Origin: Vicugna vicugna
Taxonomy: Eukaryota
Assembly (NCBI GenBank): GCA_013265495.1
Contig: MU058658.1
Coordinates: 1-64,000 of the forward strand
DNA length: 64,000 bases
Reading direction: 5' to 3'
In this document: one piece after another, positions 25,331 through 38,327 of the stretch
Position numbering within the stretch: the stretch's first letter is position 1
How the letters are laid out: every line of letters starts with the position of its first letter
Position numbers and translations under genes: made by a program
The notes under the pieces: generated by a model
The model's input: only the letters and a program-made list of their open reading frames with translations
Database searches by the model: none
Told to the model about the DNA's origin: nothing

Positions 25331-26197
25331 AATACACCCCCCTAAAAAAGAAGTTCCCTCATGCCCCTTGGTGGGCACCCACTCACCCTTGCCTATCTGT
25401 CCCCTGTCCCTGTAAATTTGCCTTCAGGTAAATGGAATCACATCACCTTGAGGGGTGCCAGGGGTCACCCTCTCATTTCAAGTCTGCCCCCCTGCTGCCC
25501 TGTTAGCCCCCGTCCCCATCTCCCACCCTCTCTGTGTTCCCAACGCTTCTCACCTGCTGACTTTTCCGCTGCTTCCCCCACTAGAGTGAGGCCTCCGGGG
25601 GGGCATGGCCTTTGTCCTAACCTCACCTGAATCCCGAATCCTGAATCCCAAGGGTAGCCCAGCACCCAGCCCTAAATACTTGTTGAAGGAGCAAGTGAAT
25701 GTTGGTTTGCGTGTTTTTTCATTTTGTTTTCTATTGAAGTGTAGTTGATTTACAATGTTAGTTTCATGTAGTAAATGAATGTTTTAGCAAATGAATGGAG
25801 TGATTGAATGAAGAAATCTTCTGAAGGCCCAGGGGGGTCCATTTGGTACCTGTTTTTTACTTCCCGTTTTAGTCCCCGTGCCTAGGACAGTGCCTGGCAC
25901 ACAGGGGGACTCAGGTGATTGTTGACTGACTCAGTGAGGGAAGGATGAGGGCAGTTAATGAACGTTCATACCGCCGGGGCTTCGGCAGAGGAGCGATTCT
26001 GCCATTCCTCCCTTCCTCGCCCCCCTACCCCCGTCATTCAGCGTTTATGCGCATCTTCTCCCTTTTAATGCACATAACAGACTTAATTGAAGCACTGCTG
26101 TCCAGCCAGCAGGCTGGGGAGCCTGTGATGATTCTCCAGTCCCCGGGGACCCTGGTTGGAAGTCCGAAGCGCTAGCCTGTGCTCCTTGGACGGTGAC

Positions 26198-26293
26198 TGG
26201 CTGAGCCTGTTGCCATGGGAACTGCAGCTGGAGCTGGGGAGCCGAGGGGACTGGGGAGGGACCCGGAGAGCCTCAGAGACTGGGCGGTCCATG
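26198..26293 (-). promoter_or_regulatory. X-box module copy 6 (palindrome degenerate)
   Basis: GTTGCCATGGGAACTGCAGCTGGAGCTGGGG from 26209 matches the reverse complement of copy 1 at 29/31; CTGGGCGGTCCA lies at the 59-nt spacing. Confidence 0.75.
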
Positions 26294-26567
26294 ATTTGGG
26301 TGAAGATTCCATGTGATTTTATAATGGTGATCCAGCACCGAGGAGGAACGTAATAAATGTTTGTGAATGAAGGCGAAACTGTGCCTGGAGGGGTCACCCT
26401 GCACATGGGGGAGGGAGGGGGGTCGCTTATCTTGTTTATACTTGGGCTGGGAAAATCTTCTCGTGATGGCGGTGAAAATCTATATAGTCAGCATCTGAAT
26501 TTATCCATCTTTGCCCTGACCCATCCACCCATCTGCCCACCTGTCTTAATTGCGTTTTTTATTTCCT

Positions 26568-27575
26568 GTATCTTACAGTTCTCTGACATCTTTTGGGGGG
26601 ACACTGCCCCTCAAGGGGCTGCCTAACTCCTAAAGATAATAACAACTTACCACAAGCATGTCCTTCATATGCTAACCAACAAATCTCGAGACTATAGCCC
26701 CAACCATCTTTTTTTTTTTGATTGAAGTATAGTCAGTTTACAATATTGTGTCAATTTCTGGTGTACAGCATAATAGTTCAGTCATACATATACATATAGA
26801 TATTCGATTTCATATTCTTTTTCATTATAGGTTACAAGATACTGAATATAGTTCCCTGTGCTATACAGTATAAATTTTTGTTGTTTATCTATTTTATATA
26901 TAATAGTATCTGCAAATCTCGAACTCCCAATTTATCCCTTCCCCTGCTGGTAACCATAAGTTTATTTTCTATGTCTGTGGATCTGTTTCTGTTTTGTAAA
27001 TAAGTTCATTTGTGTCCTTTTTCTTTTTTTAATTTCACATATAAGTGATATCATATGGTATTTTTCTTTCTCTTTCTGGCTTACCTCATTTAGAATGACT
27101 ATCTCCAGATCCATCCATGTTGCTGCAAATGGCATTATTTCATTCTTTTTATGGCTGAGTAGTATTCCATTGGATAAATATACCACAACTTCTTTATCCA
27201 GTCATCTGTCGATGGACGTTTCAACCATCTTCGTTACCTGACTCTCACACACCAAGCCTCTATTTTCCTGTCCTAAATCATCCCTGGGCCAGGTTCCAGG
27301 CACCAGAGACCACTCCTTATAGCCTAAAGCCTGGGGAATTATTCAAACCAGTCAATCCTAAACTATTCACCCTCCCCGTCTTGCCATTCCCATGGAAACC
27401 CCCATCAGGCTGGACTTCCCCTCCCTCCTGTCTTCTGCCTCCTGACCCCCTGGTGCCTCCCCTGTGGCCCTACATGGCTTGCCCCCCTCCTTTGGGGAAT
27501 GTAAGTAATAAAAGTCTTTCAATGGCATTAGCCTCTCTGGAGTCACTCAGTGAGACACATAAATTAAAATCCTAT
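26568..27575 (+). mobile_element. Old ERV-type LTR interrupted by L1
   Basis: Reverse-orientation relative of 18345-18870; AATAAA near 27507. Confidence 0.6.
26711..27221 (-). mobile_element. L1 3' end
   Basis: TSD CAACCATCTT at 26701-26710 and 27222-27231. Confidence 0.9.
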
Positions 27576-27913
27576 GGGAACAAGTGAGCAGCCCCCACCC
27601 CCCACACCCGCCCACCCACTCACCTCCTAAGATCTTTACTGTGGTCTTCCTGAGATATTCCCAGGGCTTTTTCCCTCCTTCGTGGAGGTCTTTGCTCAGA
27701 CATCACTGTCTCTGACCTCCAGATCTAAACCTACTCTCTATCCTCTTTTATCCCAAAGCCTGGACGGTCCTCCCCTGACATCATTTCTCTCACACTATAA
27801 CCCACCTTCCATGGCAGTGTCTCTCTTCATCTGACTGCAGGGCACACAGACCCTTATCCCCCATCAGTGAGTAAATGGACAGAAGATAGTGCTTAAATCA
27901 GTGACTCTTTCTG

Positions 27914-28650
27914 GCTGTGGAGAAAAGGGACCCCTCCTACGCTGCTGGTGGGAATGCAGTTTGGTGCAGCCACTGTGGAAAACAGTATGGAGATTCCTCA
28001 AAAGACTAGGAATAGACTTACCATATGACCCAGGAATACCGCTCCTGGGCATATATCCAGAAGGAACCCTACTTCAGAAAGACACCTACACCCCAGTGTT
28101 CACAGCAGCACTATTTACAATAGCCAAGACATGGAAACAGCCTAAATGTGCATCAACAGATGACTGGATAAAGAAGAAGCAGTATATTTCTACCATGGAA
28201 TACTATTCAGCCATAAAAACTGACAACATAATGCCATTTGCAGCAACATGGATGCTCCTGGAGAATGTCATTCTAAGTGAAGTAAGCCAGAAAGAGAAAG
28301 AAAAATATACCATATGAGATCGCTCATATGTGGAATGTTAAAAAAAAAAAAAGAACATAAATACAAAACAGAAACAGACTCATAGACACAGAATACAAAC
28401 TTGTGGTTGCCAAGGGGGCGGGGGGGGTGGGAAGGGCAGACTGGGAGTTCAAAATTTGTAGATACTGACAGGTATATGTAGAATAGATAAACAAGATTAT
28501 ACTGTACAGCACAGGGAAATATCTACAAGATCTCGTGGTAGCTCACAGCAAAAAAAAATATGACAATGAATATATGTATGTTCATGTCTACACTGGAATT
28601 TGACACAACATTGTAAAATGATTATAACTCAATAAAAAAAGTTTTAAAAA
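27914..28650 (+). mobile_element. L1 3' end (different 3'UTR variant)
   Basis: TSD AAATCAGTG(A/G)CTCTTTCTG at 27895-27913 and 28651-28669; ORF2 C-terminal frame open ([20 protein letters not shown]). Confidence 0.92.
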
Positions 28651-29094
28651 AAATCAGTGGCTCTTTCTGACAGGTGTGATTTCTTTCAGAGTCCACAGAG
28701 ACCCAAATAGTAGAATTTTGATGCTGCCCAAAAGTGCATTTCTTTAAAACTCAGCTTCTTGATGTATCATTTACAAATAACAAAATGCAGGCATGGCCAG
28801 CATACAACTAATGGGTCTTAGACAGAAAAGTACGTACATACGTGATCAACCCCACAATCAAGATGGGAGACATTCCACGGATGAAGAGTAAACAGACCAC
28901 ATGTGGCTGGCCAGGCACTGGTTACTCGATAAGAATTGATCTCGCCCGCCCAGTCATCTCCGGGAGGGGCTGTCTCTCTCTCTCTCTCTTCTCTCTAACA
29001 TAGTGTCCGGCTCAGGGTGGACCCACAGTGAATATTTGTAGGAAAAATTATCAGATGGAGGCATCCCCACACAGACCCTAATCTCCTGGAGGAA

Positions 29095-29630
29095 AAACAC
29101 AGTAGAGGGGGAAAAGTAATTTTCCCTCTACCCTTGAGTTCTTGGCTGAGACCCTGTAATAAAAGACAGCTTAACAACAGACAAGCAGACATTTACTAAC
29201 ACACATACCTCATGTGTACGTGGGAGCTACCCAGGGCGGCTAGAAGTGGCCTAGAATTCAGACTTAAAAACCATCTTAATAGGGGAAATGGGGCTGCATG
29301 AAGACGTCTTAAGGGACTGTGAGTGATTTTCAGGGAAAATAGAATAGTCGGGCGGTATGACAGTTTGAGAAAAGTTTGGGTGTGGCATCTGCTTCATGTC
29401 TCCCCTTTGCAATAAAAAGCAATCTTTCCTGGTGGACGAATCTCACGGAAAGGGATTTGTGACAAGTGAGTTCCCTTTGGAGGATCTGTCTTTAGGCGGA
29501 TAAGGGGGCTCGAGAATGCCTGAACCTGTGTTTGCTGTTTTCAAGTGCCTGCAGCTCGGTCACCAGTGCACGGAAGTTGTAGCCCTGGGGCTGGCGTGTT
29601 TTGGGGTGGCCTCTTCCGCTGTCCTCTGAC
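29095..29630 (-). mobile_element. ERV1-type LTR remnant
   Basis: Similar organisation to 49300-49675 (shared TTTTGGGGTGGC end). Confidence 0.5.
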
Positions 29631-29947
29631 ACCATGTCAGTCTCCCCTCATCGTACTCCCGGGGTCTGGCACGTAGACTTACCGTAGTAGGCACCCGGTA
29701 CATACTTGTTGAATGAACAAGGGGAAGAGTGGACAGAAATGTGGCGAGGACACTGGCCACAGCTGATGTGAAAATGTGGGCTTTCTAGACTCTGTGAGGC
29801 CCCTGCATGAAGTGTCAAGGACCAGCGCAGAGATGTGTGTGGACCAGTGATGGGAGGGTAGGGCATAGGCGGGAGGAGGGGTGCAGGCTGAGAGCCCCTC
29901 AGGCCTCCCCATCCCTCACCCAGGCTGCTTCCTCCTCGGGGCTCTCT

Positions 29948-30066
29948 GGTGCCTTGGCAACCCAGGCGAACTCAATCTGTTACCATGGAAACGACAGCTA
30001 AGAGGAGGAAGTGGAGGTGGCTGAAAATCAGCAGACAGAACCTCATCAGAGAATGGAACGTTCTGG
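29948..30066 (-). promoter_or_regulatory. X-box module copy 7 with second X-like site
   Basis: GTTACCATGGAAAC 29979-29992; GGTGCCTTGGCAAC 29948-29961; degenerate GGAACGTTCT 30055-30064 (62-nt spacer). Confidence 0.7.
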
Positions 30067-30169
30067 AAGCTTGTATCAGATTGAATGTTATGTTTAAAAC
30101 CCCCAGCCCAGAATCCTTCAGTTTCACATTCATTATTGGTGAATAAGTAAAAATATGTGTTCTTCTCTT

Positions 30170-30920
30170 GAGCAGTGCTGATGGGAATGTAAAATGGTGC
30201 AGCTGCTATGGGAAACAGCATGGAGGTTCCTCAAAAAAAACTAAACAAAGAGTAATCATATGATCCAGCCATTCCACCTCGGGGTTAACACCCAGAAGAA
30301 TTGGAAAGCAAGGTCTCCAAGAGATGTCTGTGCACTCACGTTCATACCAGCAGTAATCACAGTAGCCAAGAGGTGTGGGCAACCCAGCGTCCGTCAGTAG
30401 ATGAATGGCTACACAAAGTCTGGTCTATCCATCCAATGGAATATTATCCAGCTCAAAAAGAAGGGAAGAGGGGGTGGTGTAGCTCAGTGGTAGGGCGCAC
30501 GCTTAGCCTGCACGAGGTCCTGGGTTCAATCCCCAGTACCTCCATTTAAAGTAATAATAATTTTTTAAGTAATAAAAAAGGAGGGAAATTCTGACACGTG
30601 CTACAATGTAGGCGAACCTTGAGGACGTCGTGCTGAGTGAAAAGGGCACAGACACACAGGGCAGGTACTGCACGATTCCACTTACACGTGAGGTACCTAC
30701 GGTCATCAGATTCACAAACAGAAATTAGGATGGTGGTTGCCAGGGGCTGGCGCAGGGGAGGGAGAGTTACTGTCTGAAGGGGATGGAGTTTCAGGCGGGG
30801 ATGGTGCTGCTGGTTGCACAACAACGTGGATATTCGTCCTGCCACTGAGCTGCACACTTGGAAGCAACTGAGCTGGTCAGTTTTACCTTATGTGCACTTT
30901 CCATCATTTTCAAACTAAAT
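30170..30920 (+). mobile_element. Old L1M 3' region with nested SINE
   Basis: GGGAATGTAAAATGGTGCAGCTGCTATGGGAAACAGCATGGAGGTTCCTCAAAA. Confidence 0.75.
30468..30580 (+). mobile_element. Vic-1-like SINE
   Basis: tRNA-Ala-like head. Confidence 0.85.
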
Positions 30921-31006
30921 ATAAATATGTGAGTTCTTGGCAGGCATTCCCATCTCTCTGAGCCTTTCTTAGTACGATTTCTCATTTGTAAAGTCAGAAT
31001 GATAAT

Positions 31007-31137
31007 GGGGGTGGAGGGTCTAGCTCAGCGGTGGAGCGTGTGCTTACCATGCATGAGGTCCTGGGTTCAATCCCCAAGACCTGCATTTAAAAAGTAACTA
31101 AATAAATGAACATAATTACCTCCACCCTCAAAAAAAT
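31007..31137 (+). mobile_element. Vic-1-like SINE nested in a MIR-like remnant
   Basis: tRNA-Ala-like head. Confidence 0.85.
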
Positions 31138-31308
31138 GATAGCCAGTCCTACCTCATAGGATAATGAGAACACAACACACAGCCCAGCATCTTAGAAACC
31201 AGAATTTGGGCAAAAGGTGATTTATGGGGTCACTTTGGAGAACTTGCCCTAAAATGAAGTCTCCATTTATCACAGGCTGTTTTTCCCCCAACACCGGGTA
31301 ACCCCCGC

Positions 31309-31338
<30 letters not shown>
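31309..31338. repeat. (CA)n microsatellite
   Basis: Direct reading. Confidence 0.9.
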
Positions 31339-31339
<1 letters not shown>

Positions 31340-32935
31340 AGTTGCTTTGTTTGGAGAAGAAACCCCCTCATCATCTCAGCACGTGGTCTCCCGACATGGG
31401 GGTCTGTGCCAACTTGTGCGCATGCGCTGTAGACACGGGTTTCTAGTTTTGACCTGCAGCGTGGTTGCAAGGAGCACCCTTATGAGGTTAAAAGCATGGT
31501 CCATCTGGCTTCGGTTCAAAACCCTGCCCCTTCTGGTGGTGGAATGTTGGACAGACTGCTCAACCTCTCTGTGCCTCAGTTTCCTCGTGTGCAAATGAGG
31601 GGTCACAGTGTTATCCACCTATAGGGCTGTTGAATTTCTTGTGAGGAATTTACCACAGTGCCTGGCACATCAGAGGCACCCAACTCGCTTTAGATACAAT
31701 TGCGCACTTCTGTTTATTGATTGCTCTGAAGCCTCCTTCGGCTCAGGAAATGGCAACCGTCCTCCCTGCAAACAAAAAAAGTGTGTCCACCCTATTTCCA
31801 TCACCACCACCCATCATCCACGCCCGTCTTATTTGTCTGTGGTATCTGTGGGTGCCCAGCCCAAACTGAGACCACAAGCAGAGAGAAGGGACTGAATGCG
31901 TGTTGGATGTTCTTGAAAGGCGTTTATTTTTTGATGATCTGATTCATATCTGTAATCTAATAACCGTGAGCTCCGCAAAGACAGAGAACTTGTCTGTTTT
32001 GGCACACCAGGCTTAGGGCCTGAATCCCAGTAGGAACTCCAGTCGTAAAATTAGGATCAATATTAGTCATTTGTGAATCAGGCCCAGTGTTTCATGAGGC
32101 TTTGCATCAGCTGGTTACTACCTGGACTCACCTTCTAACACTCTCTCTGTTCTTGACTGGTTGCCGTGGAATTCCTTATAGGTGCCTTGTATGTTCCTGC
32201 CTCAGGACCTTTGCACGTACTCTCCCCCCACCTAGATCTCTCTACTGTTCGACAGTCCTGTTTACTTGCCCTTCCTCCAGCTTTCTGCTCAGGCGTTGAC
32301 ACTTCCTAAGCATGTATCTAAAACAGCCCTTCCCTTCATAGGCCTCGTCAACCTTTGAGGTTACACTAATACTTTGGTTCATTTTCCATCTCCCCTACAC
32401 CAGTGCAGCCCCCACAAATGCAGACACTTAGCTCTTACTCTTTGCCCTTTCCCCAAGTTCTAGCATGACACCTGCTTCCTGGAAGATACGTAACCTCCTT
32501 GCTAAAGAAAGGACCAAACGCTGGGAGTGAATGAATATGACTCCCACTGGGGCAAAGCACAGGGTACCAGAGGCTGCGGCCGGTTTGTCTGACATTTATT
32601 CTCTGCCCGGAGACAAGGGCTTGGCCCACAGAAGAGCTTGATCAATATGTATGGAACAACCTGATGAATTCTGAGCTCAGGTAACGCATTAGCAACTGGC
32701 GGCTGTGGGTGACACATGATTTCTAACCGCCTCTGCAGAGACCCTCAAAGGCGTGTTTTTGTTCTTCTGAAAACCCCCATTCAAAGGCACCCAAAGGTGT
32801 GTGTGGAGCACTGGCAGGGTGGTTGCAGACCTGAGCCCCTCCCCAGTCCCCCGCCCCTCTCCCCCCACGCCCACCGCCACCTCTCAGTACGATTAGTCAA
32901 CTCGCGTGGCCCCGCTGCCTCCCGAGATTGCTGAT

Positions 32936-33053
32936 CTGCCCTTAGCAACAGAGAGAGGCTCAGACCATCACCATGGAAACTGCAGCCGAGGTGGAGAAGG
33001 GGAGGGGAGGAGGAAGGGGCGTGTGGAGCCCTGCAAACTGGAATTTTCCAGAC
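32936..33053 (-). promoter_or_regulatory. X-box module copy 8
   Basis: ATCACCATGGAAAC 32967-32980; 59-nt purine-rich spacer similar to copy 5; CTGGAATTTTCCAG 33038-33051; half-site TTAGCAAC ending 32949. Confidence 0.78.
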
Positions 33054-33344
33054 TTTGGAGTCCGTTACGAACCCTGACCTGGCACACAGTGTGCCTTCCT
33101 TAGATACTGACTGAAATAAGGAATGATGGAGCCTCAAGGCTCATGGTGGAGGGAGGCACCCCGCATCCCCACTGCCCATTGTCAATCTCTGATGAGCCCG
33201 TGAGCCCCTTTGCGGTAAATGGGAAGTTGGAATCAGTGAGATCGGTCTGCATCTATTGAGTCCTCTCTTGGTTGAGTTTCCGTCTTAGTGAAATTGAAAA
33301 CCGTAACGGTCAAGTGCTGACATCTGTCAAGCAGGCTAATAGCC

Positions 33345-33690
33345 TGAGGTGGGCGGAATGCTGTGTGCCCCCCTCCCCAAAACCCGTATGTTGAAGCCCT
33401 ATGCCCAGTGGGATGGCATTCGGAGGTGGGCCTTTGGGAGCTGATGTGCTCGTGAAGATTGGGCCCTCCTGATGGGACGGTGCCCTCATTAGAAGAGACA
33501 CGGGGAAACCGTCTTTCTCTCCACCACGTGAGACACGAGGAGAGGGTAGGAAAGTAGGGTTTTCCCAGAATCCGGCCTTGCTGGCCCCTGAACTGGCACT
33601 TCGCGGCCCCTAGGATGGTGAGAACGCGGTGTCTGTGGTTGAAGACACCCGGCCTGCGGCATTTTGCAGTGACAGCCGGAACTCGGCTCT
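33345..33690 (+). mobile_element. MLT1-type MaLR LTR
   Basis: CCCCAAAACCCGTATGTTGAAGCCCTA..GGAGGTGGGCCTTTGGGAG. Confidence 0.75.
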
Positions 33691-33792
33691 GTGGAACGTC
33701 AGCTGGAGGCCCCGTCCTGCCGTCCCCACCCCACCCCGCATGAAGCCAAGCCGAATTCCACACGTGTTACCGGGTCACAGAGGAAGATGACG

Positions 33793-33806
33793 GTTGCCAT
33801 GGTCAC
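33793..33806. promoter_or_regulatory. Lone RFX X-box-like site
   Basis: GTTGCCATGGTCAC, one mismatch to consensus, without module flanks. Confidence 0.4.
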
Positions 33807-34604
33807 GGCACAATGTGGTCAGTGTCCTGGAGACCCATCATTGACAAACTATAGGCTATTTCAGTGATAGCCATCTGTTTTGAAAATTGCTTCCCGGGAT
33901 TGCATTTTTTCACCAGTGCTTCTCCGGCTTTCTTGCCCCACCATTATTTCCTCTGAGAGGCCTCCCTCCAGTCACCCCGTACAATGCAGGTCTTTTTGTA
34001 TAGTCTTCATTTTTGCCACCTTTTACCGTGAAAAAAAAATCCAATCTAAAATGCACTGGCTTTTCTCATCCTGACACTAAGATATCTATTTGAATTAATG
34101 AAATACTGATATTAAAGGTCTTATTCATTTATTGTTTTTATTTTTTTGAGGCTGTGAGTTTTAATTATTTCAGGCCCCATAATAAAAGAAAAATGCTGAT
34201 GACTAAATTATGTCCAAAGTGCTAAAATCTGAAAAATATATCTTAGAATAAATGAGACCTTCTTCCTCCTCCTCCTTTTTTCTTTTTTGCACACTTTTTA
34301 CTTCTTTTTTTTCTTGGCTAGGACGTTGCTCTGTGATGTTGGGTGCCACGTCGTCAAAGCTCCCCACAAGACATGATGTTTCGCAGAAAGTCAGTAGATC
34401 ATTATTGAATGAGGAAATGAACGAAGGAATATGTTTTGCTTCGGAAAAAACTGGGGTCATAATGTTTTTATATTGTTTGGCTTCCTGTCTGTCTCTTTTT
34501 TTTTTTAACTTAAATTATAACATAAATATGTCCCAGATCATCCAGGAAGTATTTAACAGATATTTGTGGTTCTTATTAATTATTGTTGCCGTCACCCATA
34601 GTTA

Positions 34605-36140
34605 AGTTTTCCAGATTTCGCACATAAAAATGCAGGATGCCAGTTAAATCTGAATGTCAGATAAACAGCAAACGTTCTTTGAGATTGCCTAGTTGATTAC
34701 ACTGCCACGATGAACATCTATACGATGCAGAACTTCACAGTATCAGACCTGCTGTGGGAAGGGATGAACTAGGAGTTCAAAATTTACACCTCTTGGGGAG
34801 TGATGGAAATGTTAGCTATCTGGATTGTGGTGGTGGTTTCATAGGTATGTACAGCTATCAAAATTCATCAAACTGTACATCGGAGACACACGTCGTTTAC
34901 TGTACAGAAATTATACCACAATAAGGTTGTTTTTAAAAATTAAAAAAAAAAAAACTTCCACAAGAATTTTGTCCAAAGGTCAGTGCCCCCCAAAACATAA
35001 AACGTGTTTTTCCCAGATGCTAACATCTTTGCCGTAATTTAATAGATGGTAGTTTTCTTTTACAACAATGCCTAGAATAATTTACATCTTAAAATCCGTG
35101 GCCTGAAAACAAACAAACAAACAAAAAAAAGAAATTGCTCCTGTCGTCTCTACTGCAGATGCAAAAACATATTTTAAATGTCTTCAGAGAATAGAAATGC
35201 AACTGTGTAAGAATGCAAGTTTTCCTGCGAGAGATGTAAATACATCAGGCAATTTTCTTTCATGGATTAATGACATTAAAAAGTATATATCATTTTTTAA
35301 AAGACTGGCCTAACTGGTAATCCAATTATGATAATTAGACAATTCTGTAATAATTTGAAAATTACTTTTTCTGAAAAAGTGGGCTTTTTGGTATAAAGAA
35401 ATTTCTTTACATTTACCCACCAATGACAATTAATGCACTTTGTAATGAGCCCATTAAAACAGCCCCTAAGAATATATAGCTATGAATGAAATCTGAGTAA
35501 TTTAGGGGAAAAAATCTGAAAACTTGTATTATATTTTCACTTTTATAATTTTAAATGATAGTGGAAACCTGATGCATTCTGTCACTGGCATCTTGCATCT
35601 TCCTACAAGAAACTATCTTTGCATTTGGATAAACACAAAATACGAATCATGGCACTTCCCAAACAGAGACTAACGTTGTATGTTACCCAAAACAGGACAC
35701 ATCCTAAGCAAAGCCAGTACAGCTTTTTTGAGACCCCACGCATTCTGAACAAGGCTTTTAGCCTCAGAACAATGAAAGATGTGTGTCCGTTTCAGAAAAT
35801 GCTGGATATGTTGCAGACGTCAAAGACGGCTTTGGTGTTTTTTGGTAAACGCGATGCAGTGTTTCAAGGTTTACATTGTCACGTTTAAAGTTTATTAACT
35901 CTAATAGCACAGACTGTAGGAACTGATATCTCACAGCTGGAAACACTTAGGAAAAATGATGTTTGTTTGTTGAAAGTGTAAAGACGAACAAGAATGGATA
36001 CATTGAACCAATCTAGAGGAGGCTGGTATGCTCCCAAGATGTGTCTTTTAGGAGCAGTTCTTCAAGATCCAAAAAAAGTCTTGTTTTTTTTAAAAAACGA
36101 GGTCCATTTTTTTTCAGACTTAAAATGCTGCGCCTTCGAT
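34605..36140. mobile_element. AT-rich region with MER33/Charlie-like hAT remnants
   Basis: CCAGATTTCGCACATAAAAATGCAGGATGCCAGTTAAATCTGAATGTCAGATAAACA resembles a MER33 end; the rest is unassigned. Confidence 0.35.
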
Positions 36141-36789
36141 TTATAAACGTTGGTATATGCCTCTTACACAGGCTAGAAGCCTCTGCCCAAGGCCCAGGAC
36201 GCCACTTCCCCACCCCCTCCGCTCTCTGAAAAGTTCCTTTGCATTCTGCACAGACCTCAGGCCCTCCTGTGTGGGGGCGATTCAGGACAGACGTGGCCCC
36301 ATCACCCTCCCCCCCAGTGAAGGTTTCTGGCTGCTATGAGGTTCTGAGGAAAGTGGGTTGGAATCCACCCCCAACCCTGGACTACACAGCAGGGAGTGGA
36401 CCTGGGTCCACAGCTGTCCTCCCCAGGTGAGCGCCTGTTAAAGGCAAGGCACAAGGGGAGCTGTTCTGAGTCTTCCCTGATTCAGCAGACACCTCAAATC
36501 CCCCTACAGTGAGCCTAGAGGAATTCAGAGAGACCCTGCCTGTGATGGCCAGGGGCTCAGGGAGTGCTCTGGGACACTCTCCCTTCATTCATTCATTCAT
36601 TCATTCATGCACCTGGTATCTGTGGAGCCCGGCACTGGGCATACAACAGGTAACGAGACAGGAAAAGTCCCGGCTTTCATGGGGTTTATGCTCCCGCAGA
36701 CAAGAAGGCACTCAGCACAGAAGCAAAGACGGCAAAGAGGAGCTTGTTTTGGAAGAGTCTGAGAAGGGCCAGTATAATTCTTTTCTGTG

Positions 36790-37165
36790 TCTCTGGTGGA
36801 AGTCCCCAGTGAAGCCATCTGGTCCGGGACTTCTGTCTGCAGGGGTTTTGTTTTGTTGCTGATTCTATTTCACTTCTAGTTATTGGTCTGTTTCAATTAC
36901 CTATTTCTTCTTGATTCAGTTTTGGTGGACTAGACACTTCTAGAAACTTGTCTACTTCCTTGAGGTTGTCCAGTTTGTTGCCGTAGAGTTGTTCATGGCA
37001 TTCTCGTATGATGTTTTGTATTTCTGTGGCATTGGTTGTACTTTCTCCATTTTCATTTCTTAGTTTGTTCATTTGGGTCCTTTCTCTTTTCTTCTTGATG
37101 AGCCTGGCCAGAAGCTGGTCGATTTTGTTTACTCTTTCCAAACAGCAGCTCTTGGTTTGATTGAA
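36790..37165 (-). mobile_element. L1 ORF2 internal fragment
   Basis: Peptide ERVNKIDQLLARLIKKKRERTQMNKLRNENGE..KLDNLKEVDKFLE..PKLNQEEI matches L1 ORF2 after the endonuclease domain. Confidence 0.9.
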
Positions 37166-37480
37166 AAGAGGAATTGCTAACAGCAGCCCATGCCACGGAG
37201 AACACAGAGCAAGCTGCCATGCTGCTGACTGGGCTGTGATGCCAGGACGCAGCGTGGGGACTCCTGGGAGAGCAAGTGCTGGAGGAAACAGGGAAAGGAG
37301 GGGCCCGGGGGTAGGAAAGACGTCCAGCGCGTGAGGACAGCTGCCTTTCACTGAAGAGTCTTACCAAGCGGGGCCGGAGAGATTGGCTGGAACAGAGGCA
37401 CTCCGGATACTTATGGGATACACTATTAAAAAAAATTTTTTTTTAAATTAAGATGTCTCCCAGGAGACAGAGGCAAGGGC

Positions 37481-37848
37481 TGTATTGATTTCCTAGGGCG
37501 ACCGTAAGGAAGTACCGCAGACGGAGTGGCTTAAACAGCAAAAACCTGTTCTCTCGGGGCTCTGGAGACTGGGAGCCTGAGATCAAGGTGCTGGCAGGGC
37601 TGGCTCCTCCTGAGGCCTCTCTGCTGGGCCTGTTCACCTGGTCTCCCCTCTGCGCTTGTCTGTGTCCTAATCTCTCATTCTTATAAGGACACAAACCCAT
37701 TGGATTAGGGCCCACCCATAGGACCTTGTTTTAAGTTAATCGCTGCTTTAAAACTCTGTCTCCTAATGCAGTCCCATTCTGATGTACTGGGGGTTAGAAT
37801 TTCGACATATGGATGGGGGTGGGGGGACACACAGTTCAGCCCGTAACC
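37481..37848 (-). mobile_element. MLT1-type MaLR LTR
   Basis: TGTATTGATTTCCTAGGGC..GTGGCTTAAACAGCA..GAGATCAAGGTG. Confidence 0.8.
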
Positions 37849-38241
37849 AGCGCAGAGCTGACTTGCCTTCACTACTCATCGTGTTGCTCATACCTCCAAC
37901 TGTTCCTGGCACCGCAAGGACGGACTCGAGGGGCGTGTGGCGCGAGTGGGTGAGTGGTGAGAACAGACAGCGCTGACATCACCCACAGTGGACGGAAGTG
38001 TGATTTCTAACCATTTGCAGACACCTGCGCAGGCTCAGTGACACCCCCTGCAGGTCTCGGCTCAAGGACGTGCTTCGTGTGCGCCGTGCGGTGCACGTCT
38101 TCCTCCTGCCTCGCGTGGAGACACCAGTGAGGGCGGGTCGGGGTGGGGGGGGACGCCTGAGTCCGTCTCCCGGCCCTCGCCTTCCGTCCCTCCCCCCTCC
38201 CCTTCCCGCAGGAGCGCCCACCCGGCGAGGACCACGCGGAG

Positions 38242-38327
38242 CGGCTCAGGCTGTCGCCATGGAAACCGCAGCAGGATGAGGAACAGAGGGAGCCCGAGAT
38301 CAGAACCTTCCAGAATCCGGGGTTCCA
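38242..38327 (-). promoter_or_regulatory. X-box module copy 9, within CpG island
   Basis: GGCTCAGGCT then GTCGCCATGGAAAC 38253-38266 then CGCAGC; palindrome only degenerate. Confidence 0.7.

Noticed and set aside
27386..27399. X-box-like ATTCCCATGGAAAC
   Set aside because: Inside an old LTR and lacking module flanks; not counted as an array member.
27889..28317. 142-aa ORF with protein-like composition
   Set aside because: C-terminus of L1 ORF2 in a 5'-truncated insertion with TSDs; not a host gene.
36893..37351. 152-aa ORF with a coiled-coil-like segment
   Set aside because: Internal L1 ORF2 fragment.
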